From Clostridia bacterium (GTDB lineage: Bacteria; Bacillota; Clostridia; UBA1212; DUPL01), in assembly GCA_050951325.1 (NCBI GenBank), contig JBMNIW010000008.1:256001-320000 (forward strand): a stretch of DNA of 64,000 nucleotides, read 5' to 3'. The stretch's first letter is position 1; each line of letters starts with the position of its first letter. A model generated the notes under the pieces. The model made no database searches. It was not told the DNA's origin and was given only the letters and a program-made list of their open reading frames with translations. Position numbers and translations under genes: made by a program. This document shows, in pieces, positions 62,079 to 64,000 of this stretch.

Positions 62079-62831
62079 CTAAATTTTTATCTGGTGTTTA
62101 TATATCACAATGGTAATATCATCGTACTGAACCTTGTTTCTTTCACTGATCGACCTGTCTTTTGCAAGGTTGACAATATATTTCACACTCTCCTCCAGAT
62201 TATCCGAATTGACAATCTCCATTAATTCTTCAGGCTTGACATAATCACTTACACCATCCGAGCACATAACAACAATGTCCCCATCCTTCATTTCGATTTC
62301 TTCTACTGCATAGGCAGGAACAACCATGGGAATAAAGATATCAAATAAAGACCACATGCAATCAGGCAATCTCCCAATATACTCTTCGATTTGCTCTTCA
62401 GTAAGCAAGCCAAAATCCACAATAGTCTTGTACCTCTTTACCGGCTTTGCCACCCTTTTAACAGTGTTTTCATGTATTATGTATGCCGGTGAGTCGCCAA
62501 TGGCTGCAATAGTTGCCACATTGTTGTCAATCACACAAATATCAAGAGTACCAAAGGTTAGGGTTTTACTTTTTTGTGATATATATATCAGTTCATTGTT
62601 TATTCTCCACACCATATTTTCTATATACTCTTTTGCAGACAGGTTGGATAAGCAAAAAGGACTATCTTTTATATTCCTTACACAACATTCGGACATTACG
62701 ACTTTGCCCCTTTTCCCTGCCCCTGATGCACCATCAGACAATACCAGTGTTGTTTTGTCTGGGGATATATAAAACATATCGCCATTAATGCCACTGGTAC
62801 CTACAAGACTTTCACCATAACATATTGGCAT
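62079..62831 (-). CDS. PP2C-family Ser/Thr phosphatase
   Basis: NGD, LSDGASG, IGDSPAY, CSDGV, DDITI. Confidence 0.85.
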   Translation of the reverse strand: MPICYGESLVGTSGINGDMFYISPDKTTLVLSDGASGAGKRGKVVMSECCVRNIKDSPFCLSNLSAKEYIENMVWRINNELIYISQKSKTLTFGTLDICVIDNNVATIAAIGDSPAYIIHENTVKRVAKPVKRYKTIVDFGLLTEEQIEEYIGRLPDCMWSLFDIFIPMVVPAYAVEEIEMKDGDIVVMCSDGVSDYVKPEELMEIVNSDNLEESVKYIVNLAKDRSISERNKVQYDDITIVIYKHQIKI

Positions 62832-62913
62832 CTAACCACATCCTGCTTCAACCAACATTGTTATCATTATGGCAGATACCTTGTCAGAAAACAACAAAAA
62901 AAGCGGACCTTTG

Positions 62914-64000
62914 CCAAATGTCATTAACTTAAGAGATCGCAATACATGTTTTGTTGCGATCTCTTAGTTTATTTCAAATCTTAAATTAACTGGCACGGTA
63001 TTTTATTGATCCTTCTAATACACTTTATCTTTGTCTTGTTACAGATTTAAAAAATGACATAAAAAAGTTAAGTTATAGTTTATAACAATAACTCTTGCTA
63101 TGTAAATATTAGGAATATGGAAAACTAGGAGTTTCTTTTAATATTATTAAGAACCTCTTGCTTTTTGCATTTTTGTGTCTGTTGAAAGAACGCCCTTTTC
63201 TTACAGGTATAAGTTCTGATTGTATTTCTTTTATGACTTTCTCGAATAAGATTCTGCGTTCAACATCACTATCAGTTGCTACAAATCCTATTAGTTCATC
63301 CCTCATTACTCCGATTGCGAAGTTTTTATTTATAGTCATAACATGTTTGTATTTGTTAAGTTTTCCCTCACGCTTTAACGATTCTTCGGCATCTCGAATA
63401 ACATCTTGGATAATGTTACACAGATATACTGTTGCATATATATCTTGTTCTATAAGTAACGGCTTTGTTCCTGTAAAGTTTTCGATTTCTAATTTGTTTT
63501 TTAAGGTATCATATACTGTTTCTATTGCCCATCGCATAAAATACAAGTCCGAAATTTCTTTGGTATTGAACTCTTCTTGGCTTAAATTAGTAGCAAGATA
63601 CTCAGTTTCACCGGAAGATAAATGCATGCGTACAAATCTTACAAACATAGAACCAACAGTACGTAGTTTCTCTGCAAACTCTGTATTTCGATAAGGGTTA
63701 ATACGGGTCTGATCAAATTTTATCTCAATAATTTCATCATCGGAAGTCATAGACGATTGCTCTCTTTTGAACTGCGAAGAGCTTAACCTCATGAGAAATT
63801 TTTGTCCCTTCTCGAATCGATTAAGCATATTTTCAATTGAAGGATAACCTCTATCAAACAAAACGATAAAGGCTTTGTCTTCAATAATTTCAGCAATGTT
63901 ATCAATATTCTTCTCGGCAACAGCTCGTTCGTCAAAATTATTCCTGTTAATAGATATATCTAAAATAAATTCATTACACACATCGTATATACAAGAAAGA
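62914..64000 (-). mobile_element. IS4-family element truncated by the window edge (transposase 63109 to beyond 64000)
   Basis: FDRGYPS, YLATNL, YFMRWAIETVYDTLK; end motif CTTAAGTTAATGACATTTG on the minus strand at about 62914-62932. Confidence 0.85.

Overview
Clostridia-like (Bacillota) chromosomal segment, judged from Shine-Dalgarno sites, sigmaA-type promoters, smpB-ssrA, pyrR-uraA, trmK-nif3 and a type A rnpB. (1) 1-17.3 kb is a visibly AT-rich, IS-riddled island abutting the 3' end of tmRNA. It holds a GH20, several secreted and membrane-anchored carbohydrate-related proteins, EamA and LacI genes, IS256/IS66/IS110 remnants, an IS1634 and two mosaic copies of one DDE IS. (2) 17.3-43.4 kb is backbone: ssrA, smpB, uraA-pyrR, a second GH20, a Gfo/Idh/MocA + sulfatase-like + TIM-barrel sugar operon, a heterodimeric ABC exporter, a GH99-like surface enzyme, and an extra RpoD-like sigma factor just downstream of a full-length helicase IV homologue with degenerate catalytic motifs. 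(3) 43.44-53.25 kb is a single IS4-like element with terminal IRs and an 8-bp target duplication (TACTATGA), split inside its transposase by about 8.2 kb of cargo. (4) 53.3-64 kb is backbone again: trmB, rnpB, nif3, trmK, gdh, an apparently frameshifted ~1055-aa ECF sigma factor fusion, a PP2C phosphatase and an IS4 at the edge. No CRISPR array, rRNA or tRNA was seen. Family calls come from motif recognition by eye, without database searches. Several single-base frameshifts may be sequencing errors.
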